From an uncultured Chloroflexia bacterium (GTDB taxonomy: Bacteria > Chloroflexota > Limnocylindria > Limnocylindrales > CSP1-4), in contig OY970218.1 of assembly GCA_963713975.1 (NCBI GenBank), positions 256,001 to 320,000 of the forward strand: a DNA stretch of 64,000 nucleotides, in the 5' to 3' direction. Both the position numbers and the translations under genes were made by a program. The notes under the pieces were generated by a model. That model searched no databases. It saw nothing but the letters and a program-made list of their open reading frames with translations, and was not told the origin of the DNA. Of this stretch, positions 46,637 to 55,689 are shown piece by piece (the stretch's first letter is position 1; each line of letters begins with the position of its first letter).

Positions 46637-47920
46637 ATGACCATGCCCGCCCCCTATGCCGATTTGGTCGGCACCCTCGCGGTCCGGGCCGGCCGCCTGC
46701 TCGACGTGGAGACCGGCGAGACCGCCCCCGGCCGCGTCCTGCTCGTGCGCGATGGCCGGGTCGAGGCCGTGCTCGGTCCCGACGACGGCCTGCCCGATGG
46801 CACGCCCGTGATCGACCTCGGCGGCCTGACCGTCCTGCCCGGACTCATCGACACCCACAGCCACCTCGTGGGCGAGGTGCAGACGGCGGGCGTCCCGGCG
46901 ACGACCACGACCGGTGCCCAGGACGCCCTGCTCAGCGTCCGCAACGCGCGGGTCACCCTCCAGGCAGGCTTCACGACGGTCCGCGACCTCGGGGCATTCC
47001 GGGCGTTCGTGGACTGCGCCCTGCGGGACACGATCGACGCGGGCGAGCTGGAGGGGCCGCGGATGCTCTGCGCGGGCGCCTTCGTCACGGTGCCCTGGGG
47101 CGGAGGCGACGTGGTGGGGCTGGCCCACGACATCCGGCTGCCCGAGGAGCTGCGGTTCGGGGTGGTCACGTCCCCGGTCGAGGTCCGGGAGCGGGTACGG
47201 CGGCTGCTCATCGGAGGCGTGGACGTCATCAAGTGCATCGGCACTGGGGCGGTCCTTACGCGCGGCGGCGTCCCGGGTGCCCCGGAGCTGTCCGAGGAGG
47301 AGATCCGGGCCGCGGTGGAGGAGGCTGAGCAGTACGGCCGGTTCGTGGCCGTCCACGCGCACGGGGCCGAGGGAGCCCGCCGGGCGATCCGGGCCGGCGC
47401 CCGCTCCGTGGAGCACGGATCGATGCTGGACCGCGGGACGGTCGCGATGCTCGCCGACTCCGGCACCTACCTGGGCGTTGACCTGTACGACGGGGAGTGG
47501 GCGCTCTCGGAGGGCAACGCGATCGGCTGGCCGACGGAGACGATGCGCAAGCTGCGCGAGACGATGGAGACGGGCATCGCTGCCTTCCAATGGGCCATGG
47601 AGGCCGGCGTGCGGATCACCTACTCCACCGACAGCGGTGTCTACCCGCACGAGCTGGTGGCGAACCAGTTCGACACGTGCGTGCGGTTCGGCATGACGCC
47701 GCTCGCGGCGATCCGCTCCGCGACCATCGTGGCGGCCGAGTGCCTGGGGCGGGCGGAGTCCGTGGGCACCCTGCGACCGGGGCGCTTCGCCGACCTGGTG
47801 GCCGTCGAGGGTGACCCGCTCGATGACATCCGCGCCCTCGAGCTGCCCGTGGCCGTGATCAAGGGCGGACGCCTCGCGCTCGATCGTCGCGCGGAGGCCG
47901 CCGGGAGCTCCGGCGACTGA
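46637..47920 (+). CDS. Metal-dependent amidohydrolase (prolidase-like)
   Basis: PGLIDTHSH, GFTTVRD, IK, HAHG, EHG, STD, ADLVAV. Confidence 0.9.
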   Translation: MTMPAPYADLVGTLAVRAGRLLDVETGETAPGRVLLVRDGRVEAVLGPDDGLPDGTPVIDLGGLTVLPGLIDTHSHLVGEVQTAGVPATTTTGAQDALLSVRNARVTLQAGFTTVRDLGAFRAFVDCALRDTIDAGELEGPRMLCAGAFVTVPWGGGDVVGLAHDIRLPEELRFGVVTSPVEVRERVRRLLIGGVDVIKCIGTGAVLTRGGVPGAPELSEEEIRAAVEEAEQYGRFVAVHAHGAEGARRAIRAGARSVEHGSMLDRGTVAMLADSGTYLGVDLYDGEWALSEGNAIGWPTETMRKLRETMETGIAAFQWAMEAGVRITYSTDSGVYPHELVANQFDTCVRFGMTPLAAIRSATIVAAECLGRAESVGTLRPGRFADLVAVEGDPLDDIRALELPVAVIKGGRLALDRRAEAAGSSGD

Positions 47921-47925
47921 CGCCC

Positions 47926-48684
47926 GTGCTACTCGGGATCGACCATCTGGTCATCGTCGTCCACGACGTCGACGCTGCGGCCGGGACGCTCGAGCGGGAC
48001 CTGGGCCTCGAGTTCACGGGCGGCGGACGCCACGAGGCCATGGGCACGTACAACCGGCTCGCATTTCTCGGGGACACGTACCTGGAGCTGATCGGCGTGT
48101 TCGACCGGGATCTCGTGCTGTCCTCGCGCACGTTCGCCGTGAGCAACGCGGCCTTGGCGTTCCTGGAGGGCCAGGGTGAGGGGCTCGCCACGTACGCGCT
48201 GGCCACCGACGACGTCGCCGGCGACGTGGCGCGGCTCCACGCCGCGGGGTCGCCGATCGGTGAACCCGTCACCGGCTCGCGCGTGCGTCCGGACGGCGAG
48301 GTCGTGCGCTGGGCCACCGCGTTCCCGGAGCTGGGGCCGGATCGGCCGCCGTTCCTCATCGAGCACGAGCCGGTCGGCGCGGAGTGGGGCGACGAGGCCA
48401 GGTCTGCCCGGGCGAGGTTCCGTCACCCGGGTGCCGGGAGCGTGCGGCTGGTCTCGCTGGAGCTGCCGACGGAGGATCCGGCGGCCGTGGCGGGCGAGTA
48501 CGGCTCGGTCCTGGGCATCACCTTCTCCGCGGACTGGCGAGCGGCGGTGGACGGGCAGGCGATCGTGCTGCGGCCGGCCGGAGCCGGTGAGCCCATCGTG
48601 GGTCTCGACGTCGGGCCGGACGCGGTCCCGCTGGACCTCGTGCGGTTCGGCGCTCGCTGGCGACTCACGCCGACGCCGCCCTGA
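47926..48684 (+). CDS. VOC/glyoxalase-like protein
   Basis: IDHLVI, GGRH...GTYN, YLELI, RPDG..W, PFLI. Confidence 0.85.
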   Translation: MLLGIDHLVIVVHDVDAAAGTLERDLGLEFTGGGRHEAMGTYNRLAFLGDTYLELIGVFDRDLVLSSRTFAVSNAALAFLEGQGEGLATYALATDDVAGDVARLHAAGSPIGEPVTGSRVRPDGEVVRWATAFPELGPDRPPFLIEHEPVGAEWGDEARSARARFRHPGAGSVRLVSLELPTEDPAAVAGEYGSVLGITFSADWRAAVDGQAIVLRPAGAGEPIVGLDVGPDAVPLDLVRFGARWRLTPTPP

Positions 48685-48703
48685 CACGGGCTACCCTGAT
48701 CGC

Positions 48704-49480
48704 ATGACCGACGGACGCGACATCGCCCTGCGCACCACCCGTACGGGGCGCGAGCTGCCGGCCTTCCTAGCCCGCCCGAAGGGCGATCCGGCCCAGCCCG
48801 GCGCTGCAGTGATCGTGGTCCACGAGATCATGGGCCTCAACGACGACATCCGGCGGATCGCGACCGTGTTCGCGGACCACGGGTACGTGGCACTCGCGCC
48901 GGACCTGCTCGGGGCAGGCTGGAAGCCGCTGTGTATCGCACGGTTCTTCCAGGGGATCGGCAAGGTCGGCACGGGCCGCCCGTATCACGAGGTGGCGGCG
49001 CTCCAGGACTGGCTGGCGCGGCAGCCGGACGTGGACCCGGACCGGATCGGGATGGCGGGGTTCTGCGCCGGGGGCGGCTTAGCGATGCTCTACGCGGCTC
49101 GCGGTGGCCGCAATCTGCGCGCGGTGGCACCGTTCTACGGCGCACTCCCGGGTGACCCGGTCATCCCGGACCTGTGCCCGACCGTCGCTTCCTATGGTGG
49201 CCGCGATGGGGCCTTTGGCAAGGTCGGGCCGAAGCTCGCGGCCGCTCTGGACGCGGCCGGGATCCCGAACGACGTCAGGACCTACCCGGAGGCCGGGCAC
49301 TCGTTCATGAACCGCCACGGGGGCTTGATGAACGCGATCGGATCGCGCATGCCGATGCATTCCGGGTTCGACGAGACAGCGTCGACGGATGCATGGGCCC
49401 GCGTGCTCGCGTTCTTCGAGGAGCACCTGGCCCCGCCGCCGGACGGCCGGACGGCGTCACCCGGCACCCGCGAGGGCTAG
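48704..49480 (+). CDS. Dienelactone hydrolase family
   Basis: HEIMG, APDL, GFCAGG, YGGRD, AGHSF. Confidence 0.9.
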   Translation: MTDGRDIALRTTRTGRELPAFLARPKGDPAQPGAAVIVVHEIMGLNDDIRRIATVFADHGYVALAPDLLGAGWKPLCIARFFQGIGKVGTGRPYHEVAALQDWLARQPDVDPDRIGMAGFCAGGGLAMLYAARGGRNLRAVAPFYGALPGDPVIPDLCPTVASYGGRDGAFGKVGPKLAAALDAAGIPNDVRTYPEAGHSFMNRHGGLMNAIGSRMPMHSGFDETASTDAWARVLAFFEEHLAPPPDGRTASPGTREG

Positions 49481-50304
49481 CCTCCCGACACCGGGTTGCG
49501 CCGCAGCGCCCCGCCGTCCCGCACCGACGTCGGCCGCGAGGCGCCGGGCGATGCGGCAGGCGAGGCGGCACTGAAGCCGATGGGCAACGGGTCGGAGCGC
49601 CCCGGCCCGCTGCGCGGGTTGGCCCCTGCCTCTCCACGGGACGCCATCGCCATCCCGATGCGGTAGGTGAGCAGGAACAGGACGGCCGCTGTCGCGGCCA
49701 GGTAGATGGCCTCGGCCCAGGGCGCGTTGCTGTCCGAGCCGGAGGCGATGCCGTGGATCGTGGCGCCGGCGAATGCCAGGAATGTCACGTAGTGGAACGT
49801 CCGCCAGGCGCGCTGTCCGATGCGCTTGCGCAGGTAGAAGCTGGCGGTCACGGCGGCCATGAGGTACAGGGCAACCTGGCCGAAGGCCACGGCGATGGGC
49901 GCATGGGGTGCCAGTCCCGGCACCAGGATCTGGGCAAGGGTGAACGGGACGGAATGGTCCAGCGCAAGGAGCATCCCGTGGATGCCGGCGAGGCCCAGCG
50001 CGAAGGCGGCGAGGTCCTGGTGCAGCGAGAAGCTGATCGGCCGATGCGCGATCGCATCGAGGATCTTCGACGACAGCAGCAGGCCATAGATGACGGAGCC
50101 CGCCAACGCAAGGTAGGCAAGCCAGGCGAACATCCGCTCGAACAGCCAGACGAGGCTCTGCGGGTTCAGCTCGACCACGGTCGCCAGACCACGGGCCGCC
50201 GCGGGGGCGCTGACCCCCGCGACGATCCCGATCGCCACGGCCGCGAGACCCCAGCGGGCCATGGCGGTGCGGGGATTGAGCCCGCGGAACTTCACTGCAG
50301 CCAT
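49477..50304 (-). CDS. Ferric-reductase-like (MsrQ-type) di-heme membrane protein
   Basis: Several TM with His pairs LHQ..IHG and FHY..IHG; WRTFHY. Confidence 0.85.
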   Translation of the reverse strand: MAAVKFRGLNPRTAMARWGLAAVAIGIVAGVSAPAAARGLATVVELNPQSLVWLFERMFAWLAYLALAGSVIYGLLLSSKILDAIAHRPISFSLHQDLAAFALGLAGIHGMLLALDHSVPFTLAQILVPGLAPHAPIAVAFGQVALYLMAAVTASFYLRKRIGQRAWRTFHYVTFLAFAGATIHGIASGSDSNAPWAEAIYLAATAAVLFLLTYRIGMAMASRGEAGANPRSGPGRSDPLPIGFSAASPAASPGASRPTSVRDGGALRRNPVSGG

Positions 50305-51218
50305 CGCACCATCCCTGGAGTCGCGCGGAGCTCGCCGCGCTCGGTGAGGAGGAGGAGCCCGAGCACGCCGGGGTGGTCGAGGAGACCGAACGCACGATCC
50401 GTGCCCGCGATGACGGCCGTCTTGGCGAATGCCTCGGCGACGCGCGCAGAGGACGCCAGCACGGTGGCCTGGACGACGTCGGTGAGGGCGGGGCGCCGCG
50501 TGCGCGGATCGACGAGGTGGTGTGCGTCCCCGCCGGCGTGCGCCCAGCGATGGATGCTGGTGCCGGAGGTCGCGATCCCCCACTCCCGCGTGACGCCGCC
50601 ATCCGCGCCGAGGCACAGCGCGCCGAGCAGCGAGGCGGGCGTCCGCGGATCCCCGATGCCGATCGACCAGCTGTCGCCGGGCGCGACGCGGATGGCAACG
50701 TCGCCGTCGCCGTCGACCAGTGCGGAGCGACCGGGCGTGATCGCGAGCGCGCGGTCCGCCAGCCAGCCCTTCGCGACGCCGTCCAGGTCGAAGCGGACCC
50801 CGGGCGTGCGCTCGACGGCGGCACCGCGGGCCGTGCGATGGAGGGACCACCGCCGGCCGGCCGAGATCGGGATGACCGGGTCCAGGCCCTCCTCCGCGGC
50901 CAGGCGCTCGTCGAGCAGCGACGCATCGACGAGCCCCCCGGTCATCCCTTCCGCCATCCGTGCCCAGTCGAGTGCTGCGGTCAGGGTGGGTCCGATCGGG
51001 ACGATCGCCGCGGGTGCGGCATTGAGGCGCATGAGCTCGGAATCCGGCGAGAAGCGCGTCAGCCGCGCGGCCCAGGCCTCGATTCGGTCGAGGACCATGC
51101 CGGCCGCTCGTTCGAGCGCCATGTCGTCGGACGATCCGCCGAGGATCTGCACGGACACCATGCCGCCCATCAGGGGACGCGAGACGTCGGCGCTGGAGTC
51201 CACGGCGAGCGCGGTCAC
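50292..51218 (-). CDS. apbE: FAD:protein FMN transferase ApbE
   Basis: LMG, RFSPDSEL..LN, DLDGVAKG, GDV, ATSG, HHLVDPRT. Confidence 0.9.
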   Translation of the reverse strand: MTALAVDSSADVSRPLMGGMVSVQILGGSSDDMALERAAGMVLDRIEAWAARLTRFSPDSELMRLNAAPAAIVPIGPTLTAALDWARMAEGMTGGLVDASLLDERLAAEEGLDPVIPISAGRRWSLHRTARGAAVERTPGVRFDLDGVAKGWLADRALAITPGRSALVDGDGDVAIRVAPGDSWSIGIGDPRTPASLLGALCLGADGGVTREWGIATSGTSIHRWAHAGGDAHHLVDPRTRRPALTDVVQATVLASSARVAEAFAKTAVIAGTDRAFGLLDHPGVLGLLLLTERGELRATPGMVRWLQ

Positions 51219-51601
51219 GGCTTGCCCGACTGCCGGGTGACGGCCTTCACGTGAACGCGCGGCGTCGGCTGGGGCGGGATCACCACGGAGCTGTTGGGCG
51301 GGGCGGTCTCGCCGGGCGCGAGGGTCACGGCCCTGGTCACGTGCACTACCGACGGCTCCGGCCCCACGGCCGTGGTCGTGTCGACGGCCCCGGCGACCGC
51401 GACCGGGGTCGGCATGACCGATGGCAGCATCGCGGCCATCAGCGCACTCGCCGAGGCGATGCCGGCCATGCCGAAGATGACGCGCATCGGGTTCGGGTCG
51501 GGCTTGCTGCGCTGCGGACGCGGTGCCTGGCCGGCGGTGCTGGTGCCGGCACCACGGACCGCCGTCGACGGGAGCGGGCGGGGGGATCGAGGGTCGGCCA
51601 T
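51215..51601 (-). CDS. Small membrane-anchored Pro/Thr-rich protein ending TRQSGKP
   Basis: 128 aa; one TM (VIFGMAGIASASALMAAML); coupled to both neighbours. Confidence 0.7.
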   Translation of the reverse strand: MADPRSPRPLPSTAVRGAGTSTAGQAPRPQRSKPDPNPMRVIFGMAGIASASALMAAMLPSVMPTPVAVAGAVDTTTAVGPEPSVVHVTRAVTLAPGETAPPNSSVVIPPQPTPRVHVKAVTRQSGKP

Positions 51602-51882
51602 CAATCGTCCGACCCTTCGTGCTCGTTCGCGCCATCGTCGCCCGAGCGGGACGCTGAGACGACCTTGGTGACGAAGACGTCCTTGGGTGTCGGCTTCGGC
51701 GCGAGGTAGACCGTGTCGACCTGGACGACCGGAGCCGGCGCGTCCGTCGTGGCCACGGGGCTGGACACCGGTTCGGCGGCCACGGGAGCGGTCGTCGGGC
51801 CGAGGCCGGCGATGACGAGGCCCACGGCCAGCCCGGCGGCCGCGACCAGCGTCGCGGCGAAGATGGCGAGTCGGTGGATCAT
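51601..51882 (-). CDS. Small secreted/membrane-anchored Pro/Thr-rich protein with acidic tail
   Basis: 93 aa; N-terminal hydrophobic helix; ends SGDDGANEHEGSDD. Confidence 0.7.
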   Translation of the reverse strand: MIHRLAIFAATLVAAAGLAVGLVIAGLGPTTAPVAAEPVSSPVATTDAPAPVVQVDTVYLAPKPTPKDVFVTKVVSASRSGDDGANEHEGSDD

Positions 51883-52027
51883 GGTTGGGTTCCCCAGAAG
51901 CGGAGTGGCTTGTGTCCCCACTGTCGGGCCGAACCATTCACCACGCCGTGAGCGCCGGATGAGAGTTTGCACAGAGAAGGGCTCCAGCCCTCGACCGGCG
52001 CCCCGGCGGGTTGCACAATGCGCGGCG

Positions 52028-52702
52028 ATGCGGGTACTGGTAGTCGAAGACGAACCGAAGATGGCGGCCCTGATCAAGAGGGTCCTCGTGGCCGAGCGCC
52101 ACGTGGTGGACGTCGCCCCCGACGGCGTGTCGGCCATCGCGTTCGCGGAGGCCGCGCCGAGCGACGTGGTGATCCTGGATCGCGGCCTCCCGGACATCGA
52201 CGGCGTCACGGTCCTGCGCCTGCTGCGCGCCAAGGGCATCGCCACTCCTGTCCTGATGCTGACCGCGCTGGGAGGCGTCGATGACCGCGTCGCCGGTCTT
52301 GATGCGGGTGCGGACGACTACCTCGCCAAGCCCTTCGCCTTCTCGGAGCTCCTGGCCCGGATCCGGGCCCTCGGACGGCGCCCGGCCCCGGCCGCCGATG
52401 GCCGGCTCGCCGCCGGCGATCTCGTGCTCGACGAGCTGCGCCACGTCGCACAGGTGGGCGATCAAACGGTCGACCTCTCGGCGCGCGAGTTCGCGCTGCT
52501 CGGCTTCTTCATCCGCCACGCGGGCCAGGTCGTGACCCGGCAGCAGATCCTGGACCAGGTCTGGGGCGCGGAGCCAGACGTCTACTCCAACGTGGTGGAC
52601 CTCTACGTGTCATACCTGCGTCGCAAGCTGGGCGAGCTCGACCGGGCGGACCGCCTGAAGACCGTTCGCGGGGTCGGCTACACGCTCAAGGCCGAAGGCT
52701 GA
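52028..52702 (+). CDS. OmpR-family response regulator
   Basis: MRVLVVED, ILD, GADDYLAKPF, TVRGVGY. Confidence 0.95.
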   Translation: MRVLVVEDEPKMAALIKRVLVAERHVVDVAPDGVSAIAFAEAAPSDVVILDRGLPDIDGVTVLRLLRAKGIATPVLMLTALGGVDDRVAGLDAGADDYLAKPFAFSELLARIRALGRRPAPAADGRLAAGDLVLDELRHVAQVGDQTVDLSAREFALLGFFIRHAGQVVTRQQILDQVWGAEPDVYSNVVDLYVSYLRRKLGELDRADRLKTVRGVGYTLKAEG

Positions 52703-52705
52703 GCC

Positions 52706-54019
52706 GTGGCGACCAGCCACACGGAGCGCCTGCTCCGCCGGACACGGCGGCGCCTGTTCGTGACCACGCTGGCGCTGCTGACGCTCCTGGTCGCCGGGGT
52801 TGGCGCCGCGACCGTCGTCGTGGCGACATCGGCCCTTGACTCGGATCTGGACCGGGCACTCGAGGCGGCGGTGCAGGCACAGGTCACGGCGCTCGCCGGC
52901 CAGCTGCCGGGCGGCGAGGAGCAGCACGAGACGGCCGAGCACACCCCGGCCGTCGCGGACACGGTGCTGCTGGTGCTGGACCCGGGTGGTCGCGTCCTCC
53001 TCAATCGGACCGGCCAGACCCTGCCCGGCCTCCCGACGGCAGGGGCGCTCACCGCGGCGGCAGGCGGGCGGGACGTCCGGACGATCGAGACGGCCGGAGT
53101 CGAGGTGCGGGTGCTCACGATGCCCGTCGTCCGGGACGAGGCCCTGGCGGGCTTCGTGCAGGGCGGTTTCGACATGACGCTCCACGATCGGCAGGCCCAG
53201 AGCCTGATGCTGGCGGTGCTCATCGTCGGAGCCGTCGGGCTGATCGCTGCGGCAGCGATCGCCTACGTGGTCACGGGCCGCGCGCTCGTCCCGATCCGCG
53301 AAGGCTTCGAGGGCCAGCGGCGGTTCGTCGCGGACGCCTCGCACGAGCTGCGCACCCCCGCCGCGCTCATCCGGGCGAACGCCGAGGTGCTGGAGCGCGA
53401 GGGTCTCGTGGAGGCGGACGGCCGGGACCTGCTGGACGACGTGATCGCCGAGGCGGACCGGCTTGGGGGGCTCGTGGGCGATCTCCTGCAGCTCGCGGCC
53501 TGGGACCAGACCAGCCTGAGCATCGCCCGTGAGCCGCTCGACGTCGCCGAGGTTGCCCGCGACACCGTGCGCGGTGCGACCGCCCTGGCCGCCGAACGAG
53601 GGGTGAGGCTTGCCGTCGATGCCCCCGGCCCCGCGCCGGCCTCGGCAGATCGCGGGCGCCTCGTGCAGCTGCTGGTCGTCCTCATCGACAACGCGATCGA
53701 TCACTCCCCGGCCGACGGGGAGGTCGGCGTCCGGGTCCGGCAGCGGGGCGTCGCGATCCTCGTCGAGGTGGACGACCACGGCCCCGGGATCCCCGAGGCG
53801 GACCGGGAACGGATCTTTGATCCGTTCACCCGGCTGCCGGGCACCACTCGTCACGGTTCCGGGGGCACGGGCCTGGGGCTCGCGATCGCGCGCCGTATCG
53901 CCGAGGCGCATGGCGGCTCGATCGCCGCGGGCTCGCCGCCGGCAGGAGGGGCCCGGTTCACGATCACCCTCCCCGCCGGCAACCCGCATGGGCAAACCCA
54001 CAACCCGACCACACGCTGA
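52706..54019 (+). CDS. Sensor histidine kinase
   Basis: Two TM; ADASHELRTP, DNA, DHGPGI, GTGLGL. Confidence 0.93.
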   Translation: MATSHTERLLRRTRRRLFVTTLALLTLLVAGVGAATVVVATSALDSDLDRALEAAVQAQVTALAGQLPGGEEQHETAEHTPAVADTVLLVLDPGGRVLLNRTGQTLPGLPTAGALTAAAGGRDVRTIETAGVEVRVLTMPVVRDEALAGFVQGGFDMTLHDRQAQSLMLAVLIVGAVGLIAAAAIAYVVTGRALVPIREGFEGQRRFVADASHELRTPAALIRANAEVLEREGLVEADGRDLLDDVIAEADRLGGLVGDLLQLAAWDQTSLSIAREPLDVAEVARDTVRGATALAAERGVRLAVDAPGPAPASADRGRLVQLLVVLIDNAIDHSPADGEVGVRVRQRGVAILVEVDDHGPGIPEADRERIFDPFTRLPGTTRHGSGGTGLGLAIARRIAEAHGGSIAAGSPPAGGARFTITLPAGNPHGQTHNPTTR

Positions 54020-54120
54020 CCACACACCGAAACCGGACGCTGAAACCATCGAGCCCGATCCTGGCTCGATAGGGACAACCGGCCGGACCCTCGTCCCGGC
54101 CACCAGCGCTGGAGCCAACC

Positions 54121-54411
54121 ATGGCCTACGTCATCGCCGCCCCGTGCGTCGACCACACCGACCAGTCCTGCGTCGCGGTGTGCCCGGTGGACTGCATCTA
54201 CGGCGACCTCTCGGTCGACCGCAAGCTCTACGTCGACCCCGACGCGTGCATCGAGTGCGGCTCGTGCGAGACCGCGTGCCCCAACAACGCGATCATGCCG
54301 GAGAAGAAGCTGCCCGGGGAATGGCGCGACTGGGCGTGGGTCGACGCGGCCTGGTTCGCGGACCCGAGTGCGGCCCGCCAGGTCGTGGACGAGCTGGCGG
54401 GGGCGGCATAG
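54121..54411 (+). CDS. Ferredoxin (7Fe FdxA type)
   Basis: YVIAAPC...CVAVCPVDCI...CIECGSCETACP. Confidence 0.9.
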   Translation: MAYVIAAPCVDHTDQSCVAVCPVDCIYGDLSVDRKLYVDPDACIECGSCETACPNNAIMPEKKLPGEWRDWAWVDAAWFADPSAARQVVDELAGAA

Positions 54412-54413
54412 TC

Positions 54414-55223
54414 ATGCACGCCGCTCCCACGGTCCGTCCCCTGGCTGCACCGCGATCGGCACGGGTTGCGCCGACCGGCCCCAACGCCACGCTCGTGGAG
54501 CGCCACCCCGTCTCGCCCTCGATCCTCCGGCTCCGGGTGCGCCCCGACGACGGCATCCCCGCGTTCGTTCCCGGCCAGTACCTGGCGGTGGGCGTGGACG
54601 TGGCGGATCGGCCCCTCCAGCGCCCCTACTCCACGGCCTCCGGGATCGACGAGGCCGACGCCCTCGAGTTCCTGGTCCGCCTCGTCCCCGGTGGCGCACT
54701 GACCCCGCGCCTGTGGTCGCTCCGAACCGGTGACCGGGTCCGGCTCGGGCGCCCCAAGGGGCTGTTCACGGCAGACGGGGCGGATGACCGGCGTCCCGTG
54801 TTCATCGCAACGGGCACCGGCATCGCACCGCTGCTGTCGATGCTGGAGGCGCGGCTCCTCGGGCGGGCGGACGGCCATGCCCGGTCCCGGCCCGTGATGG
54901 TGCACGGCGTCGCCCGGGCGGACGATCTCGCCTACCGGGAGCGCCTCCAGGCCCTCGCCGATACGGGCCGGATCACCTACGTGCCGGCCGTCTCCCGCCC
55001 CTCAGACGCGGCGAACGCCGGCTGGAGCGGCCATACGGGCCGGATCGACGCGCTGCTGCCGCGGATCCTCGCCGACGCCGGAGCTGATCCAGCCGACACG
55101 ACCGCGTACGTCTGTGGCAACCCTGGGATGACCCAGGCCTCGACGGCCACCCTGGCGGGCTGGGGCATGCCCGCCGAGGCCGTGCACTCCGAACCCTACT
55201 GGGTGGCCGGCTCCAGCTCCTGA
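54414..55223 (+). CDS. Ferredoxin-NAD(P) reductase (FNR-like)
   Basis: PGQY, RPYS, GALT, ATGTGIAP, YVCGNPGM, EPYW. Confidence 0.9.
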   Translation: MHAAPTVRPLAAPRSARVAPTGPNATLVERHPVSPSILRLRVRPDDGIPAFVPGQYLAVGVDVADRPLQRPYSTASGIDEADALEFLVRLVPGGALTPRLWSLRTGDRVRLGRPKGLFTADGADDRRPVFIATGTGIAPLLSMLEARLLGRADGHARSRPVMVHGVARADDLAYRERLQALADTGRITYVPAVSRPSDAANAGWSGHTGRIDALLPRILADAGADPADTTAYVCGNPGMTQASTATLAGWGMPAEAVHSEPYWVAGSSS

Positions 55224-55260
55224 CCGACGGGCTGCTGGGCCCCTGCGTCGGCGATGACGC

Positions 55261-55689
55261 TCATTCCAGGATGATCCGCACGGTGTCGTCGCCGTCGTCG
55301 ACCTCCAGGACCGGGCCGCGCAGGCCGCTGCTCAACGCCTCCCGGACACGGTCGACCTGGTCTCCGGACAGGCCAGGCACACGATCGAGGGCAAGCCTGC
55401 CGACGGCCATCGGCAGGCGGAGGTTCACGACCTGGCGACCGCCCTCGCGGACCTCGAGCCGGAGTGACGTCGGCGGCCCGCCGGCAGGAGCGAAGCCGGG
55501 CGGCGGGTTGGAGCCGAAGCCGCCGGGCGGCTCGTCACGGGGCGGCGTCGTACCGGGCTCTTCCCCGACAGCGCCGGGGCTCCGGTCGGACCGAGCGTCA
55601 AGCGCCGCAAGGATGGATGCGGCCTCCTCGGGGCTCACCGTGCCGTTGGCGACAAGGTCAAGGACCTGCTGCAGCGGATCGGCGGCCAT
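55261..55689 (-). CDS. SHOCT-like domain protein
   Basis: VLDLVANGTVSPEEA..LAAL; VNLRLP; VRIILE. Confidence 0.75.
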   Translation of the reverse strand: MAADPLQQVLDLVANGTVSPEEAASILAALDARSDRSPGAVGEEPGTTPPRDEPPGGFGSNPPPGFAPAGGPPTSLRLEVREGGRQVVNLRLPMAVGRLALDRVPGLSGDQVDRVREALSSGLRGPVLEVDDGDDTVRIILE

